A stretch of 64,000 nucleotides of DNA from a virus (IMGVR_UViG_3300029959_000012:2421-66420), one strand, 5' to 3'. Positions 48,135 through 58,095 are shown, numbered from the stretch's first letter. The notes: generated by a model from the letters alone, not told the origin. Numbers and translations are program-made.

Positions 48135-48386
48135 ATGCGTGAATGTTTTAAATGTGGTCAACTTTTAGATGATAGTGAATTTTATGTGAGAAGTGATGGT
48201 GGAATTCGCCACGTTTGTAAAGAATGTATATTGAAACGATGTAGTTATGTTAGACATTGTAAAGTCACCATTGATACAGGTGTTGCTCAATATTATTGGT
48301 CCGAAATAAAGGACTTGTATGATTTAGTTGGGCAAAAGAATACAAGTATCATAAAATTAATGAAGTTAACAGTGAATACAATTTGA
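48135..48386 (+). CDS. zinc-finger protein
   Basis: CFKCGQLLDDSEFY...CKEC, the zinc knuckle often found N-terminal to HNH/endonuclease VII domains. Confidence 0.7.
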   Translation: MRECFKCGQLLDDSEFYVRSDGGIRHVCKECILKRCSYVRHCKVTIDTGVAQYYWSEIKDLYDLVGQKNTSIIKLMKLTVNTI

Positions 48387-48528
48387 AAGTTCATCATAGA
48401 CTTATTGAAATTGGTGTTATTAAAAGTTTGAATAAGCATAAACAACTTTCATATAAAGTTTTCAGACTTTCTACTAGCGCAATTGATTATATCGAAAACA
48501 AGGAAAGTTGTAGTAAGAATTTGAAGAT

Positions 48529-49911
48529 TTAAATATCTAGATCTTCAAATCTAGTAACATCACTAATATTTTTATCACTGCGTAATTGCTTATAAATAGG
48601 AAATCTCGCAGATTTACCCGTTTTGTAACTTGGGCTGTCGCTAACTTCGAAAAATTCGATTTCTACGCAATGCTTTGGATTTACTATTACACATTCAGAT
48701 GATGTTTCAATGATGTCATTGGATAATAATTTGGTGAACATTTCTAGATCGTAGTCGTTAAGGCCGCTCCCACATTTACAAAATTCAGTGAGGTTGCCTT
48801 CAAACCAAATGCTACAGATGAGTGCGCCTATCTTTCCCTCGCGTTTGCCAGTGCCAAAGGTGTAGCCAGTAATGGCGAGATCGATTGTATCGACATTGCG
48901 TTTTACTTTGAGCCATTTACGCTCGTGTGGATAATATGGATCGTTCAAACCTTTGGTGATTATGCCTTCGTAGCCATTGGTCATTGCATATTCAAAGGCC
49001 ACTTCTGGATCTGTGAACTTCTTGGACAACATTTCTTCTGGGAATAATACTTCTAATTCTTCACGACGCATATAATATGGACAATCAATTACCGATACCT
49101 CATTTATATATAGAATATCGAATATAACTGGATGAAGATTATTTGAAAGATTCATTGCGTCCTGACCACGCATTGAATCGGTAATAAGTTCCATGTCTAG
49201 GATGATACTTGTTATCGTTGCATTGGCATGTTTACACAATTCATGGAGTTGTTCACCGATGTAAGGTATTTTATCGCTGATGTCTTCACAGCGTCTACTA
49301 TATAATCGCCATTCGCCATTGTTTAGATGAAATAACGCTCTAAAACCATCCATTTTCAATTCGGACATCGTATCACCCTCTATTTGTAATTTGGCCTTGG
49401 CAAGCATTGGTCTGATGGTCTGGAATGGTTTGATGCCATGGTAATTGTTGCGTAGGATTAGTTCGATGTCATTACAGGTGAAGTAATGTGTGCGGATTTC
49501 TGGGTTGTTGGTGAGTTGACCTATTACATCTAGGACAAGGTTGTCGCTCATACCAATTGATAGGTTATTAAGCATGATTTTGACTAGGTATGTTTTCATT
49601 AATGGTGTGCATCGACTCATCAACCTACTGATTACCTCGGTATTGTGGATCGGTGATTTATTCAACGCCGTTATACTATTCCATAATTCCTGTAGGGTTA
49701 TGGGTGTGAAGTCCAGTGTGGCTTGGTTATTGCGGAATTTCTTGAAAAGTTGAGTGCCAACACCGGTTATTTTTTCGTTGAGAAGTATACGACAAACGAC
49801 GATTCGATCTTCGGCGTTAAGTGTGCGTAGGTATTCTAGTAGGGTTGATTGCTTGGTGGCCTTTTTATTACTGTTGGCTATGGTATCAAGTGTGGCAACG
49901 AATTGTTTCAT
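48529..49911 (-). CDS. lig: ATP-dependent DNA ligase
   Basis: ELKMDG (KxDG), ILDMELI, IFDILY, YEGIITK, WLKVK and a C-terminal OB fold (RFPIYKQLRSDK). Confidence 0.95.
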   Translation of the reverse strand: MKQFVATLDTIANSNKKATKQSTLLEYLRTLNAEDRIVVCRILLNEKITGVGTQLFKKFRNNQATLDFTPITLQELWNSITALNKSPIHNTEVISRLMSRCTPLMKTYLVKIMLNNLSIGMSDNLVLDVIGQLTNNPEIRTHYFTCNDIELILRNNYHGIKPFQTIRPMLAKAKLQIEGDTMSELKMDGFRALFHLNNGEWRLYSRRCEDISDKIPYIGEQLHELCKHANATITSIILDMELITDSMRGQDAMNLSNNLHPVIFDILYINEVSVIDCPYYMRREELEVLFPEEMLSKKFTDPEVAFEYAMTNGYEGIITKGLNDPYYPHERKWLKVKRNVDTIDLAITGYTFGTGKREGKIGALICSIWFEGNLTEFCKCGSGLNDYDLEMFTKLLSNDIIETSSECVIVNPKHCVEIEFFEVSDSPSYKTGKSARFPIYKQLRSDKNISDVTRFEDLDI

Positions 49912-49963
49912 AACTATATATTTAGTTTTATATAGATATGAAGTTGTCGTTTAGGTAAAAAAG

Positions 49964-50563
49964 TTATGATGTTGGTTTTAGTGTTGCTTCTAGGTAGAGA
50001 GTTATTACAAATCTACCTGCGTTGTCTGATTGTATCATTGGTATTGCTTCACCAGTGAATATATGTGGATCTGGTTTGAATACTAGTGTGTTGTTGATGG
50101 TTTCGATTAGATTTTTAACAACGTTCTCTGGATTTATTTCAAAGATGTCTTCAGCGAATCTAAATTTCTGCATTGGGTAATTGTCTAGGCTCTTCGTTTC
50201 AGTTAAATTATAATTTGAAATTAAGAATTTTATGATATATGTTTCCATATTTTTAGTTAGTTCTGGATCTGGTTTTGGAATAAATGGATATTTTGATGAC
50301 ATCTGATTGTAAATGTAAGATGGAATATAATCATTGTATATATACTTTCCTTTTATCCAATGTAAAAGAACTTCATCTATATCTTTACGAATTTTACAAG
50401 TATCAGTTAGTCTGAAATTGAATACGGAAATGTCTTCAAATTCATTAGTTGGCGTCGTAATTGAAACAAGATCTTCTCCATCTCGTGGATCACGACCAGT
50501 TCTTACCAATTTTAGATTGTGTTTCTTAAAAAAGTCTACTACTTCGGGATGTTCAAATCGCAT
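49964..50563 (-). CDS. hypothetical protein
   Basis: 199-aa ORF with upstream TATA box. Confidence 0.6.
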   Translation of the reverse strand: MRFEHPEVVDFFKKHNLKLVRTGRDPRDGEDLVSITTPTNEFEDISVFNFRLTDTCKIRKDIDEVLLHWIKGKYIYNDYIPSYIYNQMSSKYPFIPKPDPELTKNMETYIIKFLISNYNLTETKSLDNYPMQKFRFAEDIFEINPENVVKNLIETINNTLVFKPDPHIFTGEAIPMIQSDNAGRFVITLYLEATLKPTS

Positions 50564-50700
50564 ACTAATATATAATAATGTTATATTATATAAAAGTTAC
50601 TAGAATAGATTACTAGAATGTTAATGGGTTGATTCCCATTACATTTTTAGTGTGAACACGTAACAGGGTGATTAATGCGCAGATGATAAAACTATACGCT

Positions 50701-50907
50701 TTAATTACTGGTTACAAAGTTTACATCATCGGCGCTGATGGTGACTGCTCCACGATGAAGTGCAGCGGCTTCAGCCTTTCTGGTTACATCGGTGATGTAG
50801 TCTTCAGTCTTTGCAACGAGAACTTTCTTTGCTTCGTCACCAATTCGGGTCTTTTCGGCGGTTACGGACTTTGCGATTCTTACAACTGATGCTTCTGGTA
50901 GTGACAT
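50701..50907 (-). CDS. archaeal histone (HMf-like)
   Basis: MSLPEASVVRIAK...RIGDEAKKVL...AALHRGAVTISADDV aligns with HMfB MELPIAPIGRII...RVSDDARITL...ARHAGRKTIKAEDI. Confidence 0.9.
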   Translation of the reverse strand: MSLPEASVVRIAKSVTAEKTRIGDEAKKVLVAKTEDYITDVTRKAEAAALHRGAVTISADDVNFVTSN

Positions 50908-51071
50908 GATACTAATTCCTAACTAGTGAGATCGGTGTTCAAAAGGTTAATTTGAAGCATTCAAATCACACTGGTGTAATATAGAGTTGCATTTAATAGT
51001 ATATAAAACTAGCGTAATAAAAGGGTGTGGATATATTGTTGGTGGGGTTGAAAACACTAGTGCGCATGTAA

Positions 51072-52178
51072 TTACTGGTAGAAACTTAATGGTTGTGGTA
51101 TCCAACGTGGATCGTTTTTATAGAAATCATCATCAATTAATTTTTGATATGCAGGATCATTTGCTGCATAATATGTAATTATCTCATTTCCATTTTTATC
51201 ATAACTATAAACTGCTGCTTTTAAATTAGGATCTACAGGAGTGCCATAATTATTATCTATTATGAATTTGTCATAATCAGCAGTAGTTTTATATGAATAT
51301 TGAGTTGGTTCTATTTTCGACGTTTCTTCCATTGATTTTCGTACTTCAGATGTTTTGTCATCATAATCAATATTTGAGGTGTAATCAACAATTGATGTGT
51401 AATCGTTGTTATTATTGTTGTTACTATTGTAATGTTTACTGTTATCTATCACGCTGTTTGTATTGATTGCTGATGCCCATGCTTCAGCCATTCCAGGGAA
51501 TTTAATGTTATTGACTTGATCTTGAACATCTTTATCGTAACAAGCATATGTCACCATTATAGGATTGGGAATTACATTGTTTGGTGATACTTTCATGAAT
51601 TGGTTATCTGACCAAAATTTGGTGTTGGCTACTGCAGTTAGATCGTTGTCTAGTTGTTTGTTGGTGTACATGGCGAAGTCTAATCCTGTGTAGTGTTTGG
51701 CAACTTCTCTGGTGTATTTTTGATACCATGCGTCAATGTAGTTGTTGACTTCGCTTTGGTTACCATTGAAGTGTTTAATGTAAACCGATGGATCTATTAT
51801 GTAATCAAATCCATTGGGACTACATGTTGCTATGTGGCTATCACTTGTTGTAGCAGTGAATCTATGATTAAGGAGTTTCCCACCACCAAGTTGTAGTCCT
51901 TCACCTACATTTGCATAACCAAGGGGGATATTCGGTGTGAAGACTCGGGCATTGTCGAATGGACTTTTAATGTGTATGCCTGGATTTAGTTGTTGATGAT
52001 TAAGGCTACCAAGTTGATTACTAGATACTATGACAAAGAACGGCGATATGATGACGAATATCACTATTAGTGCACATATGGTTAAGAAGATTAGGAATCC
52101 TGCGAAACCGTGATCTGATAGAACGATCAGGAAGATAATTATCAACAGTATGACTACTGGGACTAGTATTAGATCCAT
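51072..52178 (-). CDS. membrane protein with SPFH/band-7-like region
   Basis: Two N-terminal TM helices followed by LNPGIHIKSPF. Confidence 0.5.
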   Translation of the reverse strand: MDLILVPVVILLIIIFLIVLSDHGFAGFLIFLTICALIVIFVIISPFFVIVSSNQLGSLNHQQLNPGIHIKSPFDNARVFTPNIPLGYANVGEGLQLGGGKLLNHRFTATTSDSHIATCSPNGFDYIIDPSVYIKHFNGNQSEVNNYIDAWYQKYTREVAKHYTGLDFAMYTNKQLDNDLTAVANTKFWSDNQFMKVSPNNVIPNPIMVTYACYDKDVQDQVNNIKFPGMAEAWASAINTNSVIDNSKHYNSNNNNNNDYTSIVDYTSNIDYDDKTSEVRKSMEETSKIEPTQYSYKTTADYDKFIIDNNYGTPVDPNLKAAVYSYDKNGNEIITYYAANDPAYQKLIDDDFYKNDPRWIPQPLSFYQ

Positions 52179-52279
52179 AACAGTATTGACACCTGTAAGT
52201 ATTTAGAAGTGTCGTTTGGGTAACGGTGATAGGCTACAGGGTTTGGCGATTAAAATAGAGGGTGAGATTTGAACGCCGA

Positions 52280-52705
52280 TCAATCGGGCACGTAGTCGCC
52301 AACACGGGGTTCATCACTGATGATTTCAAGGGTGTATACAGGAGACTTGATCTCTTCCGTGAATCGTTCATTGGTCATAACGCCGCCTACGAACTGGATG
52401 GTGTAGGTTGCTGGCTTTGGGACTTCATGGATATATCGCATTGGAACATCGAAAGCATAGAGTTTGTAGCCTTTGGCCTTGGTCTGTTCGGTGTTAGTGC
52501 CCATGTAAGTTTCATTCTTGCGAACTTTTACGATGTCACCATTGAAGATGAGGCCAATCACGTTGGGGACATTTGGATCTAGATCGGTGATAGCGACAAA
52601 GAGTTTTCCATTGGAGTTTCCAACAAGTTCGGTGGTCGTGGTGGTGATTTTTTCAACTGGAGCATCTACATCGGTAGTAGAAATGCCTGCAAATTTGAAG
52701 TTCAT
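52280..52705 (-). CDS. hypothetical protein
   Basis: 141-aa ORF; TTTTATATA 30 nt upstream. Confidence 0.7.
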   Translation of the reverse strand: MNFKFAGISTTDVDAPVEKITTTTTELVGNSNGKLFVAITDLDPNVPNVIGLIFNGDIVKVRKNETYMGTNTEQTKAKGYKLYAFDVPMRYIHEVPKPATYTIQFVGGVMTNERFTEEIKSPVYTLEIISDEPRVGDYVPD

Positions 52706-52788
52706 ACAACATAGATGTTGTGTTTAAGTTATATAAAACTATATGTTACAAGGTTAGTAGTGTATGGATCCGCGATAGTAACACAAGG

Positions 52789-52881
52789 TTAATATGTTGG
52801 TAATGACCACCTGTATGTGCCCATTAGTGACAAGACAAAAGAAGGGCGAGGGAAACCTTGTCCTTTGTTTGTTTTGTTATG
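52789..52881 (+). ncRNA. dispersed hairpin sRNA-like element, copy E8
   Basis: GACCACCTGTATGTGCCC, 24-bp stem (one mismatch) closed by a GAAA tetraloop, ending GTTTTGTTATG. Confidence 0.7.
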
Positions 52882-52995
52882 AGGTTGATTCTGTGCGTTG
52901 TGGGCTCTGTTTTGAAAATCTAGTTGATTTGGTAGGCATTGAAAGGTTTATTGGCGTGCGATAGTTTTATATAGTTTGGCAACATAGATGTATCC

Positions 52996-53634
52996 ATGGT
53001 ATTTAAACTTTGGCCGAAGCAGCAAGAGATTGTAGATAAGGTTTTGGCATATAAATATAGTAGTGTTGTTCGTCTTGGGTTTCGCAGTGGTAAAACTACA
53101 ATGGCTATGTGGTTAACAAATGAATATTTAAAGATGGATAAAAATGTAGTATATGTTACTTCTACGTTAGATATGGCGAGAACTTTATTTAATGTGTATG
53201 TGGATTTGTTTGACGTTGCAAGTGGATGTTGTTTTGTTAAGGATTTAAAGGTAAATTATTATGCTACTAAATGTATGCAGGAAGTTTGTGACGCGAGTGT
53301 TAAGTTTAGATCTGGTGAAAGTTTTTTGAACATGGATGAGGGGTATGATGTTGTTATTGTTGATGAACCAGATCTTTTGCATTTTAAGTCTGTCGCTAGG
53401 AAGAGTTTATTTTGTAGTGAGATTATAAAATGTAATTATGGTGGGGATGTTAAAGTTGTGTTGATAGGAACACCGGCGGTGAGTGATGATACTAGTTTGA
53501 TGTATTCGCTTCCTGGTAATGTTATTAAGATGTCTACATGTGAAGTTAATCCATTGTTCACTAGGGAGATGTTGGAAGAAGAGTTTAAGTTTGCGATTGA
53601 TAGAATAAAAAGAGATTTTTTAATAGAAGATTAG
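52996..53634 (+). CDS. stand-alone terminase ATPase-domain paralog (no nuclease domain)
   Basis: LWPKQQEIV, RLGFRSGKT, VIVDEPD, and STCEVNPLFTREMLEEEFKFAIDRIKRDF versus TerL KTWEVNPSPEVSEEVLREEYKYKMDIFYRDF. Confidence 0.85.
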   Translation: MVFKLWPKQQEIVDKVLAYKYSSVVRLGFRSGKTTMAMWLTNEYLKMDKNVVYVTSTLDMARTLFNVYVDLFDVASGCCFVKDLKVNYYATKCMQEVCDASVKFRSGESFLNMDEGYDVVIVDEPDLLHFKSVARKSLFCSEIIKCNYGGDVKVVLIGTPAVSDDTSLMYSLPGNVIKMSTCEVNPLFTREMLEEEFKFAIDRIKRDFLIED

Positions 53635-53687
53635 TTGTTATTTACCGTAGGGTGTTGGGAGATGGAATCTCCTGACATGTGAATCTC

Positions 53688-53945
53688 CTAACTTTTGATT
53701 TCTGCGTTGACGCCCAGATCATCGTTGATTTTTAGTGCGATTGGTACAACTGCTTTGCCGACTTCGGCGTACTCGGCGTCGGTCCAAACGTGATCGAGGT
53801 TTCCTTGGAGAATTTTGTTGATGACGTTAAGCACCATTTGGATGTAGGCGAGCGCCAGGGCTAGTTTTTTGCTGTAGTTGTAGGCAATTGGGATTGCGGC
53901 TACGAGGGCTCCGATTATGAAGGTTAGTATGGTTATTGGATCCAT
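53688..53945 (-). CDS. holin-like small membrane protein
   Basis: N-terminal TM helix plus an amphipathic helix; 85 aa. Confidence 0.45.
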   Translation of the reverse strand: MDPITILTFIIGALVAAIPIAYNYSKKLALALAYIQMVLNVINKILQGNLDHVWTDAEYAEVGKAVVPIALKINDDLGVNAEIKS

Positions 53946-53994
53946 AGTGGTGTGTTGGCGTTTACCTTTTATAAAATGAATGAACGGTTAAGGA

Positions 53995-54228
53995 TCATTC
54001 GGTGTAACCGCCTGGTTCGCATTCGAGACAACAATAGAGTTGATCTTTTTGTAGGGTGGCGAAGGGTTTTTGACAGGTGGTGCATGTTCGTTTATATTTG
54101 GAGGTGTGGAGTAGGCTGTTATTGGGGCCTGCGCAATACTTGGAACAGAAGATGGCGCGATAACGGCGGATTTCGTTGGGTTGGGTGGCGAATATGGTGT
54201 GACAGTGTTCACATCGTCGGTGTAACAT
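53995..54228 (-). CDS. zinc-finger protein (TRASH/MYM-like repeats)
   Basis: CEHC...FCSKYC and CTTC...YCCLEC. Confidence 0.7.
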   Translation of the reverse strand: MLHRRCEHCHTIFATQPNEIRRYRAIFCSKYCAGPNNSLLHTSKYKRTCTTCQKPFATLQKDQLYCCLECEPGGYTE

Positions 54229-54311
54229 AACTGGTTAGGTTGGTGTTAGGAGTATATATGTATGGTGGTAATGTGTTGGTATTTTATAATATGTGGGTGT
54301 AATTATATTGT

Positions 54312-54584
54312 ATGGGAAAGTTTAAATTAGAGTTGATTGAAGAACGTTGTGAGGACATTAAGGATAGTAAATCTGGAAAAGTTGGACACAGGAGAGTAGA
54401 TACATATGAATATAATGGGGACGACGATGGTATTTATGTGTGTGTCGAAGAGTATAAGAGAAACTATGATGATAGTGTGTATCCAGATTTTGAAATTACT
54501 GTGAGATGTGATAATCGAAGTGATGGTAAGGAAATTGTTGAGAAGATTAGGGATTTTGTGTTTAGTTTGCAGGGTGGAGTTTAG
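54312..54584 (+). CDS. hypothetical protein
   Basis: 90 aa; TTTTATAA 30 nt upstream. Confidence 0.65.
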   Translation: MGKFKLELIEERCEDIKDSKSGKVGHRRVDTYEYNGDDDGIYVCVEEYKRNYDDSVYPDFEITVRCDNRSDGKEIVEKIRDFVFSLQGGV

Positions 54585-54857
54585 TCGTTTGGGTAATAGC
54601 GATAAGGTAAGTTTATAATTTTTTGCTTGACCATGTTGTGTGTCGTTAGGGTTAAATTGGTGAGATTTTTATAAATTTTTTATGAGTGGGTATCAAATAT
54701 GTTGAGTGGGTATCGTTAGGGTAAAGTTGAAAAATGGTGAAGTGATAGATAACAAGGTGCTTGTGGCAGGTCCGGCCCTATAGGCTTATAATTTTTATTC
54801 CTCCACAACTTCCACAATCTCCTATATAAATCCTCCTATTAACCCGGCAAAATAATC

Positions 54858-55044
54858 CTCCACATATATAAAACTAACTCATCCCGCGCATAAATTATCG
54901 TTTCACTTCATATATAAATCTATCTAAATGATCCTCCACATAGTATATAAAACTAACTGATCAACCTGGTCATCCGCGCACATAAAATCCCTATATAAAC
55001 TTATCCATTCACAGTGTGAACAAAAACTCCACATATATAAAACT
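54858..55044. repeat. three copies of CTCCACA(TAG)TATATAAAACTA
   Basis: At 54858, 54934 and 55027; each is followed by a CGCGCA-containing segment. Confidence 0.85.
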
Positions 55045-55251
55045 ACCTGCTAGACGCGCAATCTAAAAATGTGTGCGCTTTAACACCACGTAACACGATC
55101 ACCACTATTCGTATGCCAAAACCCTTCTAGTTTTATCTATCAAAACATATAAAACTCTAAAACAATCACATAAGCACGATATAGCACCCGGTCACCTATC
55201 CATCCGCTCATACCAACCCCTACAAATAAAGTGATTATTGTGCTCAAATTT

Positions 55252-55358
55252 ATCTATATAGATCACAATATGGATCTATATAGTTATCACACCGATCTAT
55301 ATAGAATGTAAAGTTTCCTTTACAAAATATATAGATCCATATTGTGATCTATATAGAT
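55252..55358. repeat. 31-bp perfect inverted repeat with CTATATAG palindromic units
   Basis: 55252-55282 is the reverse complement of 55328-55358. Confidence 0.9.
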
Positions 55359-55381
55359 TTTCTTCAAATATATAGGAAAAA

Positions 55382-55397
55382 TTCGACAATTGTCGAA
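55382..55397. repeat. 16-bp perfect palindrome TTCGACAATTGTCGAA
   Basis: Read directly from the sequence. Confidence 0.9.
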
Positions 55398-56010
55398 GTC
55401 GAACGGTTTGAAAAAGAAGGCCAAATTGAAGTTTAAATAAAATCGGAAGATTTGATCTCTGATTATTTATTTGGTATCCAGCGAAGTGTGATATAGCACA
55501 CAAAAAAAAATAACCTCAAATTCTAAATGGTTTTGGTGCGCATGGCTTAAAAATGCTTAAATTTTTTCAGAACAAAAAAAAAATACGGAAAGGTCTAATG
55601 TTTTGAAATTGTCAGTAGGGGTTAATTCTGAAAATAGTGAATTTAATTTTTGTATCGTTTGGAGAAGTATATAGGCTCAAAAATCAACCGATATATATAT
55701 AGTCTGAGGCAGGAGAGAGGGTTAAAACACCTATCAGCATTATATAAAAATATCAAATCTCAAATCTAACCATTTTAATACAATTTCAACCTTCAAAAAA
55801 TAACCCCAAATTAAGCGATTTCACAACTATAATATATAATATAATAAAGAGATAAACCCAACGATATAAAAATAAAATATTAACATACACTATCTATCTT
55901 TCCCATATATAAAGACATCGGTAAAAATCCACCCAAACGATACACAAAAATAAATCCAAATCCAAAATATCCCCCGTTTCAAAAGTGCGCATGTATCATC
56001 ATGTTGATGA

Positions 56011-56040
56011 TAAACCATGATAAACCATGATAAACCATGA
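56011..56040. repeat. (TAAACCATGA)x3 tandem repeat
   Basis: Read directly from the sequence. Confidence 0.9.
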
Positions 56041-56638
56041 ACATTCTCACCACCCAAAATATCCTGCAACTTTTGAAAACCATCAAAGAACATCCCTGTG
56101 CAAAACAACTACATCCCAATACTAAACTCCATATCATCACCATAATCACCTAAAATCTCCAACACAACAAATCCTATACCCACGCTCATCACCTAATAGC
56201 GACCCGCTATAAAACTCCTATATAAATCTATCTCCAAAATATCGTTCATTGTCTTATACCACATCGTCAATCACCATATAAAATAACTCCAAAATGTCCA
56301 GATAATCATTTCAGCGCTCCTAACAATCTCAAAAAATCCACTACCAAATTTCCACCCGATTTCATCCATATATTCAACCCTAACGACAACTATATATCCT
56401 CACAAGTAGACATTATAGTGTATCAGGTGAGAGCCTAATACAACGTGAAGACGATTACAAACGCGGTGAGGCGCGTTAATCGTTCGAAAGATCCCCAATG
56501 CCTCAGCACAAGTGTTATCGCCTATACCAGTCCCAATTGGGCAACTGACTGTATAGGCGATAACATCTTGAAACATTCCCGTAGAGCAAAGCGAGCCTTA
56601 AAACTCCTTTGCGCGGAGAAACAGGAACACAAAAAACC

Positions 56639-57232
56639 ATGACCATGAAAAACATAAGCAAAAACTACGAGAACGCAACCGATCTGATCGAGACCGATCC
56701 CTACAACAATAATCAACAAGCAGGAATCTACCTCTCCCTAGACTGGCAGGACGAGACCGCCGATGTCATCACAAAGTACCGTGATGGCAGTACATCTTTC
56801 GCGGTCTATCACAACCTGATAGATTTGATCCGTCTGCCTGACAACGTAGATGCAAAAACCATACATGACACTATCACCGATCTACTCCCCCGCCTAGATA
56901 TCATCCTAGCAGGCTTTTCCAATGACTGGGAGGACGGTCACATGACCGATGACGCGGCTGACGGATTCAATTCATTGGTCTATGACATCGAAGAAGATCG
57001 CATCATCCGGACTCATGACGGTGGACTCTATGATGCAGCCGACTGGTTTGTAGACACACCAGACGAGATCACCGCCACCACAACTGATGATGAAATAACC
57101 ACCATTGCCAGTGACCACCAATTTTATGCATCCTGTGACAACGTTGTCATTCGCGGAGGTCTCGAATCAATCATCAACCACTTTCTTTCCCTCCGCGATA
57201 AATTACAAACCAATGATAAGGATAACTCATAA
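56639..57232 (+). CDS. acidic early protein, hypothetical
   Basis: Probable start MTMKNISK; first gene of the + strand early cluster. Confidence 0.7.
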   Translation: MTMKNISKNYENATDLIETDPYNNNQQAGIYLSLDWQDETADVITKYRDGSTSFAVYHNLIDLIRLPDNVDAKTIHDTITDLLPRLDIILAGFSNDWEDGHMTDDAADGFNSLVYDIEEDRIIRTHDGGLYDAADWFVDTPDEITATTTDDEITTIASDHQFYASCDNVVIRGGLESIINHFLSLRDKLQTNDKDNS

Positions 57233-57253
57233 AAACAAGGGATCACAATCATC

Positions 57254-57352
57254 ATGACCAACAAACAAGTAACCATAACCGCGCTCTTCATCCTAAACAA
57301 CATATTACTCTATATTACTGTCATCCTTTCCATTCTCAAAAAAGCATTCTAA
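57254..57352 (+). CDS. small membrane peptide (32 aa)
   Basis: MTNKQVTITALFILNNILLYITVILSILKKAF. Confidence 0.45.
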   Translation: MTNKQVTITALFILNNILLYITVILSILKKAF

Positions 57353-57387
57353 AAACATCTAAAATTTAAACAGGAGTAAACAAAACC

Positions 57388-57981
57388 ATGACAATTTTAA
57401 GCATAATCAAACCGGAATCGCTGACCGAATTCAAAAAACACCTTCAATTCATGGAATATATCGATCTATACCACTACCCAAAAACAAACGAAATTATCAT
57501 CCGATCGCACATTAACCGGACCACAAACGATAAAATAAAAACCGAATATTTCCTCATATACAAACTCCCCGGCAGCATAAGTATTCGAAATTCACCAAAA
57601 ACACAGATCACCATAGATCCAGCCCTACCCACCCATATCCACATATCAGGATATCCCGATCACTACCAACTGAAAACCCTCTTATCCATGTATACAGGAC
57701 GCGACACCGAATCACTATTTATCGAAGCCTACCCCGACAACACAAGCGAACGCTTCGAAAAATTAAACCTCATCCAAGAAACTATCAGCATCAACCTAAA
57801 AGACAGTGCCAAAAAATCATCTCATCTATCAACCGTATGGACAGATCTAAAAGCCTTTACCCAAATAAACAACATATACGAAACATCATCCCAATATAAA
57901 CACGAAATAATAACCTTCAACAACACCAAAGATCACGATCACTTAACATACCTTCAAACCAACACCACAATAATCTGGTAA
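57388..57981 (+). CDS. hypothetical early protein
   Basis: 197 aa; ACAGGAG Shine-Dalgarno. Confidence 0.7.
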   Translation: MTILSIIKPESLTEFKKHLQFMEYIDLYHYPKTNEIIIRSHINRTTNDKIKTEYFLIYKLPGSISIRNSPKTQITIDPALPTHIHISGYPDHYQLKTLLSMYTGRDTESLFIEAYPDNTSERFEKLNLIQETISINLKDSAKKSSHLSTVWTDLKAFTQINNIYETSSQYKHEIITFNNTKDHDHLTYLQTNTTIIW

Positions 57982-58095
57982 CCAATAATTATTAACTTTT
58001 AAAGTAGTTAACAAGGGCTCACTCCCCTATGATTAAATTCAAGTGTATCCCTTTAAGATCACTTGTTAAAAACCTCAAACAGGAGCAAAACCATT

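Larger units (their letters stand above)
54600..56600. other. long non-coding control region (candidate origin or genome terminus)
   Basis: About 2 kb without credible ORFs; abrupt switch from G/T-rich to A/C-rich near 54780; repeats and palindromes. Confidence 0.6.

Noticed and set aside
55297-56719. Short ORFs in the non-coding control region
   Set aside because: Low-complexity, no ribosome-binding site or motif, and they overlap repeats.
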